Shown piece by piece: positions 13,580 to 25,162 of a stretch of DNA of 64,000 nt. The first letter of the stretch is position 1; each line of letters starts with the position of its first letter. The position numbers and the translations under genes are program-made. Under the pieces are notes generated by a model. The model was not told the origin of the DNA. It saw nothing but the letters and a program-made list of their open reading frames with translations, and made no database searches. The DNA comes from Octopus sinensis (Eukaryota): NCBI RefSeq assembly GCF_006345805.1, contig NC_043010.1:54994001-55058000 (forward strand), in the 5' to 3' direction.

Positions 13580-13587
13580 TATTATAC

Positions 13588-13620
<33 letters not shown>

Positions 13621-13650
13621 CTTTACGATATCTATATGTATATTTAAAAG

Positions 13651-13971
13651 ACTCCGCCGGTTACGATGACGAGGGTCCCAGCTGATACGATCAACGGAAC
13701 AGCTTTCCGTGTGAAATTAACGTGCAAATGGCTGAGCATTCCACAGACACGTGTACCCTTAACGTAGTTCTCGGGGATAATCAGCGTGACACAGAGAGTG
13801 ACAAGGCTGACCCTTTGAAATACAAGTACAACTCATTTTTGCCAGCTGAATGGACTGGAGCAACGTGAAATAAAGTGTCTTGCTCAAGGACACAACGCGT
13901 CGCCGGGAATCGAACTCACAACCTTACGATCATGAGCCGAATGCCCTAACCACTAAGCCACGCGCCCTCAC
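13651..13971 (-). mobile_element. tRNA-derived SINE, family C, full length
   Basis: Minus-strand head with A box tggcttagtgg and B box gttcgattcc; colinear with 17594-17918; flanked by a long direct repeat. Confidence 0.9.
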
Positions 13972-14569
13972 TATATGTATAGATATATCTTTACGATATC
14001 TATATGTATATGTATACCTATCTATATGTATATATACTTCTGTGCACGCCTACCTAACTGTCACTGTAGCTATCTATTGTATAGCTATCTCTTCATATAC
14101 TTATCACTCTATCTACATTACATTGTATGATGTTTTTTTCTCATAATTAATTGCATTTTCTTAATATACCTGTTTTTTTAAAATTCGTCTATTTTTTTCT
14201 ATCTTTCCTAGTTTCATTCTACTTCAGTACCCATCTATTACAAATTCTTTCACTGTAACTTATATTGAACTGTCCTCAGTTCTATGTAAGTCGCCAGTCT
14301 ATATATATATTTCTTTGTGTTTTTTTTCTTCTCTCTTTCATTATTCCTTTATTTCAAGCGACTTCGATATCATCAATTCTCGTAAGATTTTCCGATATAT
14401 TTTTTTTCACACAATTGTAGATATTATTTATTCAGCAGTAATTTTTTCATGCATATGAACCAGTTTCTATTAGTAGGAGCATAAATCAAAAATTATGCTA
14501 CATATTATTACTTCTGAAAATTCAGCACGTATACGTGTGTTCATTGTATTTTGGTCACACGAGCTGTAT

Positions 14570-14710
14570 TTAATGCATACATACACACATATTCCACATA
14601 CTTACATACACACACGTATATGTATATGAATATATATAACTTTATATGTACATGTGATTTGATATATATATATATATATATATAAAATCTATACCTTATA
14701 TATAATACAC

Positions 14711-14746
<36 letters not shown>

Positions 14747-14964
14747 GTATACAGATATTTGTGTATGTATGTATGTGTGCATGTATGTGTGTGTGTATCT
14801 ACTTATCTATCTGTCTACATATCTACTTGTGTATCTATCTATATATGTATGTATATATATTTATATATATATATATATATAATATATATATATATATCTT
14901 CCTCATTCGCTCTCTCTCGCTGTACACACAAACTCTCATATACGTATATAAATATATGTGTTTA

Positions 14965-15000
<36 letters not shown>

Positions 15001-15204
15001 CGCACACATATATACATATATGCAGTGCATAATGTGATTTTATGATGTTCGTACTGTTTGTACTGTGTGAGCAGAATTTACTGAACCATAAAGCAAAACA
15101 TTTTCAAATTAATAAACGCTCTTACACCTGTATAAAGAAACCAATAGTTACGCGCAGATTTCCACAAACAGGTGCGTTTAACATATTCATATAGGTATGT
15201 ATAC

Positions 15205-15253
<49 letters not shown>

Positions 15254-15430
15254 ATATACATACGTATACATAAATAAATATATATATATATAATATATAT
15301 TATATATATATAATATACATACGTATACATAAATAAAATTATATATATATATATATGTATATATATAAAGATAGATAGATAGAGTGAGAGAGATACATAT
15401 ATATGTACGTATATAGCATAGATGGATATA
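14570..15430. repeat. Compound TA/TG/CA/TATC microsatellite region
   Basis: Direct reading. Confidence 0.9.
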
Positions 15431-15551
15431 AAATTATATTAAGATTTATGATACATCGCATATACCTTCTTGTTATGGTTTTGATTACAAATTCATGCCA
15501 TGTACCAAAGTCATAGAACTTGTCACATGAATTACGGTTATTCCAATTATG

Positions 15552-15602
15552 CTTCTTCTTCTACTTCTTCTTCTTCTTCTTCTTCTCTTCTTCTTCTTCT
15601 TC

Positions 15603-15654
<52 letters not shown>

Positions 15655-15700
15655 CATTATTGTTATTATTTTATTATTGTTATTATTATCATTATTATTA

Positions 15701-15776
<76 letters not shown>
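15552..15776. repeat. (TTC)n followed by (TTA)n array
   Basis: Direct reading. Confidence 0.98.
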
Positions 15777-15777
<1 letters not shown>

Positions 15778-16693
15778 ATTTGGAAATTAGAACTACTATT
15801 ATTTGCAGATTTGCTGTTTTTGCTATTATTGTTGTTGAATTTGACGTAATGATTTCTTTTTTTTTTACTCAATTCTTTTTAAAAACGTCTAACTTGAATG
15901 AAATATTTTAAGATGAATATAATTTTACACATCTAAAAAAAATGAATAAATATCATGTTGATAATTATGAAATAAAGTAAATTTTAAACCAACAAAACTT
16001 TACTCAATTTCTGAAAATAACAGGTTGTTTTTAATATATTGAATCTGTTTAAATGTTTTGTTTTTCATTTCTTTCTTTCTTTCTATTGCTTCATCTATAT
16101 TTGCATAAATTTTCAATCTTTTTCCGTACATTTTTTTCGTACATTCACACAAAGACAGGTTTAATCTCTCTATATATATATTTGTGTGTGAGTGTATGTA
16201 TATATATATATATAATTATATCTATATATATTGCATAAATTTTCAATCTTTTATCATACATTCACATAAAGACAGGTTTACTCTCTCTATATATATGTGT
16301 GTGTATGTGTATTTATATATGTAATTATATGTATATTTATGTATATATATATTTATATATAAATATACATATATCTAATATATATTATATATATATATGT
16401 ATTTATGCAGAGAGGGGGAGAGAGGGAGAGCGGGAGTAAAAGGTTGAGAGACAGGGAAATACGGAGAGAGGAAAGCGAAAAAGAGATAAATGAATGCCGT
16501 AGTTTTATACGCATGGTATACTTAATATTTCTTTTCACTAACAAATGTTACTTTCACTGACTTTAAAGTTATAAGTAAAAACGCCACAGCCACATACAAA
16601 CTGTTATACGCATATACATATATACATACATGCATTAACATATATGTTTGCATAAATATACATACATACATATATACGCTGACACATGAACAC

Positions 16694-16737
<44 letters not shown>

Positions 16738-16979
16738 TTGTGTGTTTTATTAATAGTTATAATCATAAGTTTGTTCAAGTTATGCAAAACTTATTAAGAT
16801 TTTGTCTCTGCAGAAATCGATAGAATATATTCCAGTTAGTAATTGTGTTATATCAACGATTGTAATTGTAACTTTCATACTTAGAAGGTATTTTGTTTTA
16901 GTGAACCTGGAGATATTAAATATGATGAGGATTGCACTCGAATAGATAAAGAGCAAAGACTAATAACACTTGCTTATTT

Positions 16980-17252
16980 AGCGGTGCCCAGTGGTTAGGA
17001 TCGCGGTTCGATTCCCAGACCGGGCGTTGTGAGTGTTTATTGAGCGAAAACACCTAGAAGCTCCACGAGGCTCTGGCAGGGTTTGGTGATCCCTGCTGTA
17101 CTCTTTCACCACTCTTTCTCCCACTCTTTCTTCTGTTGGCCTGCTCGCTCAGCCAGCGGAGTGGCGTCATTCGAGGCTAAAACAATGCCAACGCATTGTG
17201 ACCAGCGATGTGTAACAGCATCTGATGGTCTAGTCGGGCACGTGATCACGTA
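16980..17252 (+). mobile_element. tRNA-derived SINE, family E (shortened head)
   Basis: gcccagtggttagg A box-like and ggttcgattccc B box followed by a GC-richer body ending at (TA)n; single copy in window. Confidence 0.65.
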
Positions 17253-17346
17253 CTATATATATATATATATATATTTACATATAATTCATGTGTGTCTGTG
17301 TTTATGTGCATAGATGTATCGATATTTGTGTGTATCTATAATATAG

Positions 17347-17560
17347 TATTCCTACTATAGGCATAAGGCCAGAAACTTGGTGGGTATGGACCTAGTCGAT
17401 TACATCAACGCATGTTCTCCAGTGGTACTTACATTATCGAACCAAAAATAATGAAAGACAAAGTTGACCTGGGCGGGATTAGAGGCCAGGGCGTAAATAC
17501 AAGCGAAATATTGCTGATCACGTTGTCTGGCTTGCCAACGATTCTGCCAGCTCGCTGCCT
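17347..17560 (-). mobile_element. Diverged family B SINE variant
   Basis: gtcgattacatc, atgaaagacaaagttgacc and ctgccagctcgctgcct match the family B reverse strand. Confidence 0.7.
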
Positions 17561-17593
17561 AATAAGATAAGGTAATATAGTATAATAATAATA

Positions 17594-17918
17594 GGAGCAC
17601 TCCGTCGGTTACGACGATGAGGGTCCCAGCTGAATCGATCAACGGAACAGCTTGCTTGTGAAATTAACGTGCAAGTGACTGAGCAATCCATAGACAGACG
17701 TACCCCTAACGTAAGTCTCAGGGAGATTCATCGTGACACAGAGTGTGACAAGGCCTGCCCTTTGAAATACAGGTACAACTCATTTTTGCCAGCTGAGTGA
17801 ACTGGAGCAACGTGAAATAATATGTCTTGCTCAAGGACACAACGCATCGCCGGGAATCGTACTCACGACCTTACAATCGTCAGTCGAATGCCCTAACCAC
17901 TAAGCCACGCGCCTTCAC
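17594..17918 (-). mobile_element. Family C SINE, full length
   Basis: Colinear with 13651-13971; flanking direct repeat aatatag(t/c)ataat. Confidence 0.9.
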
Positions 17919-19023
17919 AATATAGCATAATATAATAAGGATGTGATATTTCAGTGGCACAAAGCCACAAACACCATATGTATAATATCAGCGTCAATCA
18001 CAGATTTATTTTCGACAATATTTCTATTTGATATAATTTTTAGCAGCGACATAGTTCATCGAGTGAATGTACCCTCACCGCATTTTATAATATTATTCAG
18101 ATCAATGAATAATATATCGTGATATCAATTTATTTCAAATGCACGTATGCATATTTAATTGATTTGGAGTTTTCAATTAAGAATTTTCTCACCTATCTTT
18201 TTTTGTAACATGAATAATAAAGTCCCTCATTAAATTTTGCTTCAGTCTTTATATATCTTAAAACACCAAAGTTCACACCAGTAAAAATATATGGTTTTGG
18301 CTATATCGATTTTTGTTTTGTTCGAAATTTTTCTAAACTTGGGTTGATTTGATTTGGCCAAAATTCACAGTATCAACCCTATTTTGACAGTACATATACT
18401 TTTACTTTACACATTATATTTTCTTTCTAACTTCCATTAATATTTTAGCTGACCTCTTCTGTTTCCAATCACTTTAGACGGGATCACAACATTTTTATAT
18501 TCGCTTGTATTTCTCTCTTTCACCATGGCTCACGCTTCTCATTTCAAATTGTGATGTTTTTCAGTCCTAAGTTATACGCTACATACATATTAGCCGTTTT
18601 TATCAAATTGTAAACCTCAGCCACATTTCTTGATAACACATGATGGATGACTCCATTTACTTATTCGGTTACGCTGCCAGTTTAAGCCTATCAATATTCT
18701 TAAAAGCTTTCTGTCACCAACATCTGTCTTTTACACGATATGTACAATTCTTCTTTGCGAGTCTTTATCTTCTTCAGCTAATCCATTATAGTAATTCAAA
18801 ATTATATTTCTTCCATCTCGTACCTCCATTTCCTTTCCAAAGTGCTACGAAAATTTGATAAAGCCAGTTGATATACAGATGATTTTCATTGGTTGTACAA
18901 GGCACAAAAAACACTGGAGTTATGCGATGAAAATTTTTCCGTACGTCTTACCAAACATTTACTACAAGCAACGCCAAAATACAAGAATTCCGAACTCTGA
19001 GGACCGGAGAAAAGTAGTATACC

Positions 19024-19256
19024 TAAATCTTTACTACCCACAAATGGCTAAACACAGGGAGGACAAACAAGGACCGATAAACGGATTAAGTCGATTACAT
19101 CGACTCCAGTGCGTAGTTGGTACTTAATTTATCGACCCCGAAAGGATGAAAGGCAAAGTCGACCTCGGCGGAATTTGAACTCAGAACGTAGCGGCAGACG
19201 AAATACAGCTACGCATTTCGACTGGCGTGCTAACGTTTCTGCCAGCTCGTCACCTT
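19024..19256 (-). mobile_element. Family B SINE, full length with TSD
   Basis: Reverse complement of 19892-20124; TSD agtagtatacc at 19013-19023 and 19259-19269. Confidence 0.9.
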
Positions 19257-19269
19257 AGAGTAGTATACC

Positions 19270-19594
19270 CTTTTACTCTATTACTTGTTTCAGTCATTTA
19301 ACTGTGGCCATGCTGGAGCACCGCCTTTAGTCGAACACATCGACCTCAGGACGTATTCTTTGTAAGCCTAGAACTTATTCTATCGGGCTCTTTTGCCGAA
19401 CCGCTGAGTTACGGGGACGTAAACACTCCAGCATCGGTGGTCAAGCGATGTTGGGGAGACAAACACATACACACAAACATATACACATACATACATGTAT
19501 ATATATATACATATATACGACGGGGTTCTTTTCAGTTTCCCTCTACCAAATTCACTCACAAGGCTTTGGTCGGCCAGAGGCTATAGTACAAGAC
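19270..19594 (-). mobile_element. Family A SINE lacking its head
   Basis: Colinear with 60837-61165. Confidence 0.9.
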
Positions 19595-19793
19595 GGATAC
19601 GAATTAGGATGACAATTACTGATAAATCCTTAACCATATTTGCGCTAAATGGGAATGAATATTTTGTGCAGACTGTTAGAAACGAGGTTCTCGCATATGG
19701 TAAGTGGTTCTTGACACGCGAACGAGCAAACAGAAATGAAATATATGAACCCAAGTTCGTCTACGGATAAAATTGTCTAGCTTGTTTACAAGT

Positions 19794-19891
19794 CACACAT
19801 TCCGCGATGCACACATTCCGCGATGCACACATTCCGCGATGCACACATTCCGCGATGCACACATTAGGCGATGCACACATATTCCGCGATG
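19794..19891. repeat. 16-bp minisatellite (cacacattccgcgatg), ~6 copies
   Basis: Four perfect and two variant units. Confidence 0.97.
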
Positions 19892-20124
19892 AAGGCGGCG
19901 AGCTGGCAGAAAAGTTAGCACGTCGGGCGAGATGCTTTAGCGGTATTTCGTCTGCCGTTACGGTCTTATTTCAAATTCCGCCGAGGTCGAATTTGCCTTT
20001 CATCCTTTCGGGGTCGATAAATTAAGTACCAGTTACGCACTGGGGTCGATGTAATCGACTTAACCCGTTTGTCTGTCCTTGTTTCTCCCCTCTGTGTTTA
20101 GCCCCTTGTGGGTAGTAAAGAAAT
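19892..20124 (+). mobile_element. Family B SINE, full length with TSD
   Basis: aaggcggcgagctggcagaa head, ttcaaattcc B box; TSD acatattccgcgatg at 19877-19891 and 20125-20139. Confidence 0.92.
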
Positions 20125-21445
20125 ACATATTCCGCGATGTACATTCACTTGGACTGGAAGTTCAGACGTAGTAGAAAACGTAATCGCCCAACATTTTTTT
20201 AAAATGTCATTGACAATAGCAAACATTATGCGAGTGAAAGGGTGTACGCTGTAATTAAACACAAAATGGTGACGAGATTATGCAAAACTACTTTATAATC
20301 AGCGATCCTAAATATGTAACAATCCTTGATTCTCCCGTAAACGGACCTCCACAAAGTAGACTATATCAGATTATTACCAACAGAGTTTCTGTTGTCTTAT
20401 CACGTTCTGTGTATACTATTTTTGTAAATGTCTCTTTCGAATTATTTATAAACACCATACTTTCTATAATGAGTCGCTAATTTGAAATATATGTATCTCA
20501 CACATCGTAAATAAATGAAATTATTAGTTTTATTTCAATGTAGAAATCAACTTCATGAAATTTTCCGTCTGTATGTCAAACAATACTAGTAAAACAAAAA
20601 CAAAAATACTAATAATGTGTCTGCAGTTCGAATGTATTTTTAGTTTCCTCACTGTGTTGACTTTAATCTATCTTCTCAGATTCTTTTGCTATGACATGGA
20701 ATGAGCAGACAATATGTTTGCACAAATACAGGTGTTACGCAAAATAAAGGAAATAAGTTGTTCATTGACATTTAAATTAGCTAATGTTGCTTTACTTTTT
20801 AATAATACGTCGTAAAATTGATATATCAGCTTCTGAATTGCTGTTAGGAGAATGTTGAGACATCGCGTAAGTACATCCTCTTTTAGTTTCTGCAACGATT
20901 GCATAAGGAGAAAATCACCTATTGATGTACGATCACATTGACATTTGGGGATTGCGGAGGCCAGACGAAGGGCCTTTCGTCTTTTCTGTGCTTTTCGTAA
21001 CAACTTTGAATTATGTTAGCCATGTGAATCGGTACAATATCATCCTAAACAATTCAGCTATCATTGAGGTTCGAGGTACAATGATTCTGCTAAAGGGTGG
21101 ACCTGATCTGATAATCCTTGATGTTAAGTTTGCCAAGTAGAACAACTAAAGTTTCAAGAGAATGATGTGACTTCTCAAACAATATCAGAACCACCTTCGT
21201 GCTTCTTGGAAAGAGCTGATGAGCTAAAGCTGAAAGCCTGTTGGAGCTATCTCAAAATATAACCACAGTCAAAGTGAGGAAAAAACAATGAATGAAGAAA
21301 TCATCAGAGAAGACGAATTAGTTTCAGTGATACATTATATACTTTTAATAACTTAGTTTTTATTTTTTTCTGCTTATTGATGTAGACAGGAGACAAGAAA
21401 TGCCCAGTTTTATAGGGCTCACGATGAACAGCTGCAGCTGATATA

Positions 21446-21679
21446 TATTTCTTTATTGCCCCCATGGGGCTAAACATAGAGGGGACAAATAAGGACAGAC
21501 AAAGGGATTAAGTCGATTACATCGACCCCAGTGCGAAACTGGTACTTTATTTATCGACCCTGAAAGGATGAAAAGCAAAGTCGACCTGGGCGGAATTTGA
21601 ACTCAGAACGTAAAGACAGACGAAACACCGCCAAGCATTTCGCCCGGCGCGCTAACGTGTCTGCCAGCACGCCACCTTC
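21446..21679 (-). mobile_element. Family B SINE, full length with TSD
   Basis: TSD gctgcagctgatata at 21431-21445 and 21680-21694. Confidence 0.92.
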
Positions 21680-21810
21680 GCTGCAGCTGATATAGTGTTG
21701 GTTCAATTCTGCCGTCACTTTTGCTGTCGTAGTTCTAAACTGTCTTTCGGACAGAATATATTTCCTTATTGTGCTCTCTCAGAATGAGCGTTCCCTTCAG
21801 TGTATACTCA

Positions 21811-21855
<45 letters not shown>

Positions 21856-21856
<1 letters not shown>

Positions 21857-21935
21857 TTATTATATAGAAGGAGCTTCTACAGGACTAGAACTGTTTCATT
21901 CAAAAGAAATCATCAGGAAGCATCTATATAATAAA
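21856..21935 (-). ncRNA. Type I hammerhead ribozyme motif
   Basis: Minus strand: gcttc-CTGATGA-t ttc tttt gaa t-GAAACAG ttctagtc CTGTA-gaagc; stem I can extend by 13 bp (tttattatataga/tctatataataaa). Confidence 0.75.
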
Positions 21936-22819
21936 TTAAGTTACTCTGCTATGTATTGAGTACCTTATTTACTGTGGTTAACCCCGACTCAACCCGGGAC
22001 CTACATATATATATATATATATATATATATAGTTTTACCTTGGTTTTGCAATGCATATATGATTTCCGAGACAGTAATTCTCGAAATATTAAAAGATTCA
22101 GCAGTCTTAGTGACTGAAGTCCCAAATTTATGCACTCTAACAATTTATGCTCTTTAAAAGTACGAGATGTGACGCATTTGAGCTTATTTAACATGGAAAA
22201 TCTACAAAAGACAATAAACTAGGAGGACTATATCACGAATGAGGATACATACACAATGCCTGTGTATGATTAGATACAAACTATACATGTTTTGAATTTG
22301 TCATATTGCGAACATAATATAAAATAGTTACGTAATGGATATTTCCATTATTTTAATCAAAAGTCTGTATCTTTGATATCAATATGTTTTGGTTCCTTGT
22401 CTCTTCAGTTATCTTGTCCAATTCACTTTTCGACAACGTGTGTACCAAGATGCTTATATTTATCTGCATTCAGAGAGCAGGAACTTCTTGATAGAGAATA
22501 TAAAGACGGTTGCGCGTGTATTACATATTCAGAAAATTCATTTCCTCTATGAAGGAAATTATTATGGTTGGAAAGCTAGGAAACTAGTGGCGATATATAT
22601 TATTATTCACTAAAGAAAGGCGATATTGATAAATTGTATAATAAACGTAAACATGACGGATATGATTTTATAAGCGTATTACACAGATGCGTCGCAAAAG
22701 CGAAGTAATGTATTTTGAATATTAAGTCGGAGAGAATATAAAAATAAGGTTCGAGTTGAGAAAACAGAAGGGGAATTTAAACATCAGAAAAAGATGTCAT
22801 AAAAAGCAGGGGATAAACT

Positions 22820-22849
22820 ATTATCATCATCATCATCATCATCATCATC

Positions 22850-22881
<32 letters not shown>

Positions 22882-22889
22882 TAATATTA

Positions 22890-22960
<71 letters not shown>
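22820..22960. repeat. (ATC)n(ACC)n(TTA)n array
   Basis: Direct reading. Confidence 0.97.
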
Positions 22961-23506
22961 GAGTGAGAGAGCAGCGTATGCCATCAAAGTGACACTGAGG
23001 TAAAATATACGAAGCCCAGTATACCCATCATGACTACCCGTCTGATAAGGGTACACTAGGCACATGCAACACAACCATATGTGCGCGACATGGTGATCTC
23101 ATATCAAAATAAACAGCACATGACCTTGCAGGTTGGGCCCAGTTAGAATTTTCTTCAGGTCGAGTAACCCATCGAACTCGAAAGGTCCCTGAAGAAGGGT
23201 TGTTTAAGGATGTTGAACGAAACACCCATGTTTCCAGAGGTGAATTATTCAAACCCCAAAGAATCCCTCTCAAAACATGGCTATGATGCTCCCCCAATAC
23301 TTCCGCTCGTGATCAGAGATGCACATATCGTCAGCCACTAAGGAACATGCTCAACTGGTTAAGGTCAAACAACTGACAAGCAAATATGTGGTATTGAGCA
23401 GAATATTTGCTGTAGCCCATCTTTTATACCAAGACAAAACAATGTACATGATAACACTTCCAATCAGTTAAGATCAGAAGCCATGAGAGCCACTGCCTGG
23501 TAATGC

Positions 23507-23507
<1 letters not shown>
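22961..23507 (-). mobile_element. Non-coding interspersed element between TTA arrays
   Basis: Bounded by (TTA)n on both sides; 23370-23450 recurs reverse-complemented at 32322-32397; strand inferred from array orientation. Confidence 0.6.
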
Positions 23508-23551
<44 letters not shown>

Positions 23552-23552
<1 letters not shown>

Positions 23553-23800
23553 CGAAAACTCTCAGTTTATTTTGTCGGGTTACTATGGGAAGTGTCAGCT
23601 ATCCCCACCCAGCAAACTAAGGTGAAACTTGTTTAGTGGTCAACAACGCTGCGAAGAATTATTGCATTTCCAAGCAATGATGCTCTTTGTAGGTATTCTA
23701 CATTCACAGGTGTACCGATCCTTTCCCGCCATGCTGATAGCTGTGTGCAGGATACTTCCAAGTGTCGACATGGCTCAAAAAGATTGGTTGTTATTATTTA
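23552..23800 (-). mobile_element. R4/Dong-like LINE, decayed 3' end
   Basis: Minus strand QLSAWRERIGTPVNVEYLQRASLLGNAIILRSVV resembles the RLE-LINE C-terminus; ends in TTA array. Confidence 0.65.
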
Positions 23801-23909
23801 AGACGCTGCAGAGTATCCAATATCGTGATGTCGTTGATTGAAGATATTGCGGGGGTTTTTACTGTGTTTTAAGTCACAACGACCTCAGACTGACAATACT
23901 CTACGGTGT

Positions 23910-23969
<60 letters not shown>

Positions 23970-23970
<1 letters not shown>

Positions 23971-24212
23971 TCCTACAGGAAGGGCAAAAGATCGTGTTCA
24001 CTGGAACGGCTCATGTACTGAGAAGAGCATTATCGCTGAGAAAACAACATCCGTTCATGAATTTATTTATTTATTAATTAATTTTTGAAATACATAATCT
24101 ACCTGCGAATATGAGTGTGTAATCTAAGAATGCATACAATGCGCTTCTCTGCCCTAGGTGTACGGAAAACACTCGGCGAGAAGCGGAAGAAAATTTGAAG
24201 ACAGAAGGAAAC

Positions 24213-24213
<1 letters not shown>
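23970..24213 (+). mobile_element. R4/Dong-like LINE, short 3' fragment
   Basis: LQEGQKIVFTGTAHVLRRALSL then UTR; (TAA)n on both sides. Confidence 0.7.
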
Positions 24214-24243
<30 letters not shown>

Positions 24244-24485
24244 TAATAATAGTAATAATAATAATAATAATAATAAAATAATAATAATAATAATAATAAA
24301 TAATAATAATAATAATAATAATGATAATAATAGTAATAATAATAATGATAATAATAATAATAATAATAATAATAGTAGTAATAATAATAATAATAATAAC
24401 GATAATGATAATAATAATAATAATAATGATAATAATAATAATTATTATTATTATTATTATTATGACCATTATCATTATTATTTTA
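24213..24485. repeat. (TAA)n array switching to (TTA)n at ~24441
   Basis: Direct reading. Confidence 0.97.
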
Positions 24486-24974
24486 TTACATGGCAAGCGG
24501 TTATTACATGGCAAGCGGTTGTGATCGGTCGGATTAACCAAAGAATGAATGTTTTGTTATATAGCAGGTAAAATGCCTTCGGAATGTTTCAGTGTCTCTA
24601 ATCCGTGTACGTGGGACATAAAATAGTTTATGGAATGAGCACAGTTTTTGCTTAAAAAAGTTTTAATTTCTTATATTCTGTAAGTAATCTTTTCAAGAAA
24701 TAGAAGACACGTTCTTCTCTTGGGAAAGAGGAAGCGACTATTCCTGTAGTGTTGTCAGTATTACGTTAAGCAAATATATGTTCCTGATACAAACAGTTAC
24801 CAAAACATTTCCAAAAATAGAAAAAATAGTAAAAAACTCTTTGTGCACTTTCGCACCTCGTTCTTTATATGTCATTATTTTCCCAAATACTGCGCACTTG
24901 TAGACTCTATGAATAACGTTATTTTTACATGTACGGAACACCAAAGCTAGAAACAATAAAGGAAAAGATAACGA

Positions 24975-25037
24975 GAATTATTATTATTATCGTTATTATT
25001 ATTATTATTATTATTATTATCATTATTATTATTATTA

Positions 25038-25074
<37 letters not shown>

Positions 25075-25162
25075 TATCATCATCATCATCATCATCATCA
25101 TAATCATTATCATTATTATTTCATCATTATCATTATCATTATTATTTATATTATTATTATTA
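24975..25162. repeat. (TTA)n/(ATC)n array
   Basis: Direct reading. Confidence 0.97.

Noticed and set aside
19794-19891. Short repeat array as CRISPR
   Set aside because: Head-to-tail units without spacers, no cas genes, eukaryotic context
20962-20982. Hairpin followed by a T run, resembling an intrinsic terminator
   Set aside because: Eukaryotic DNA with no upstream gene; expected by chance
21295-21335. Minus-strand GAAAC-taattc-GTC-ttct-CTGATGA
   Set aside because: Only 4 nt available for stem I and no stem II pairing
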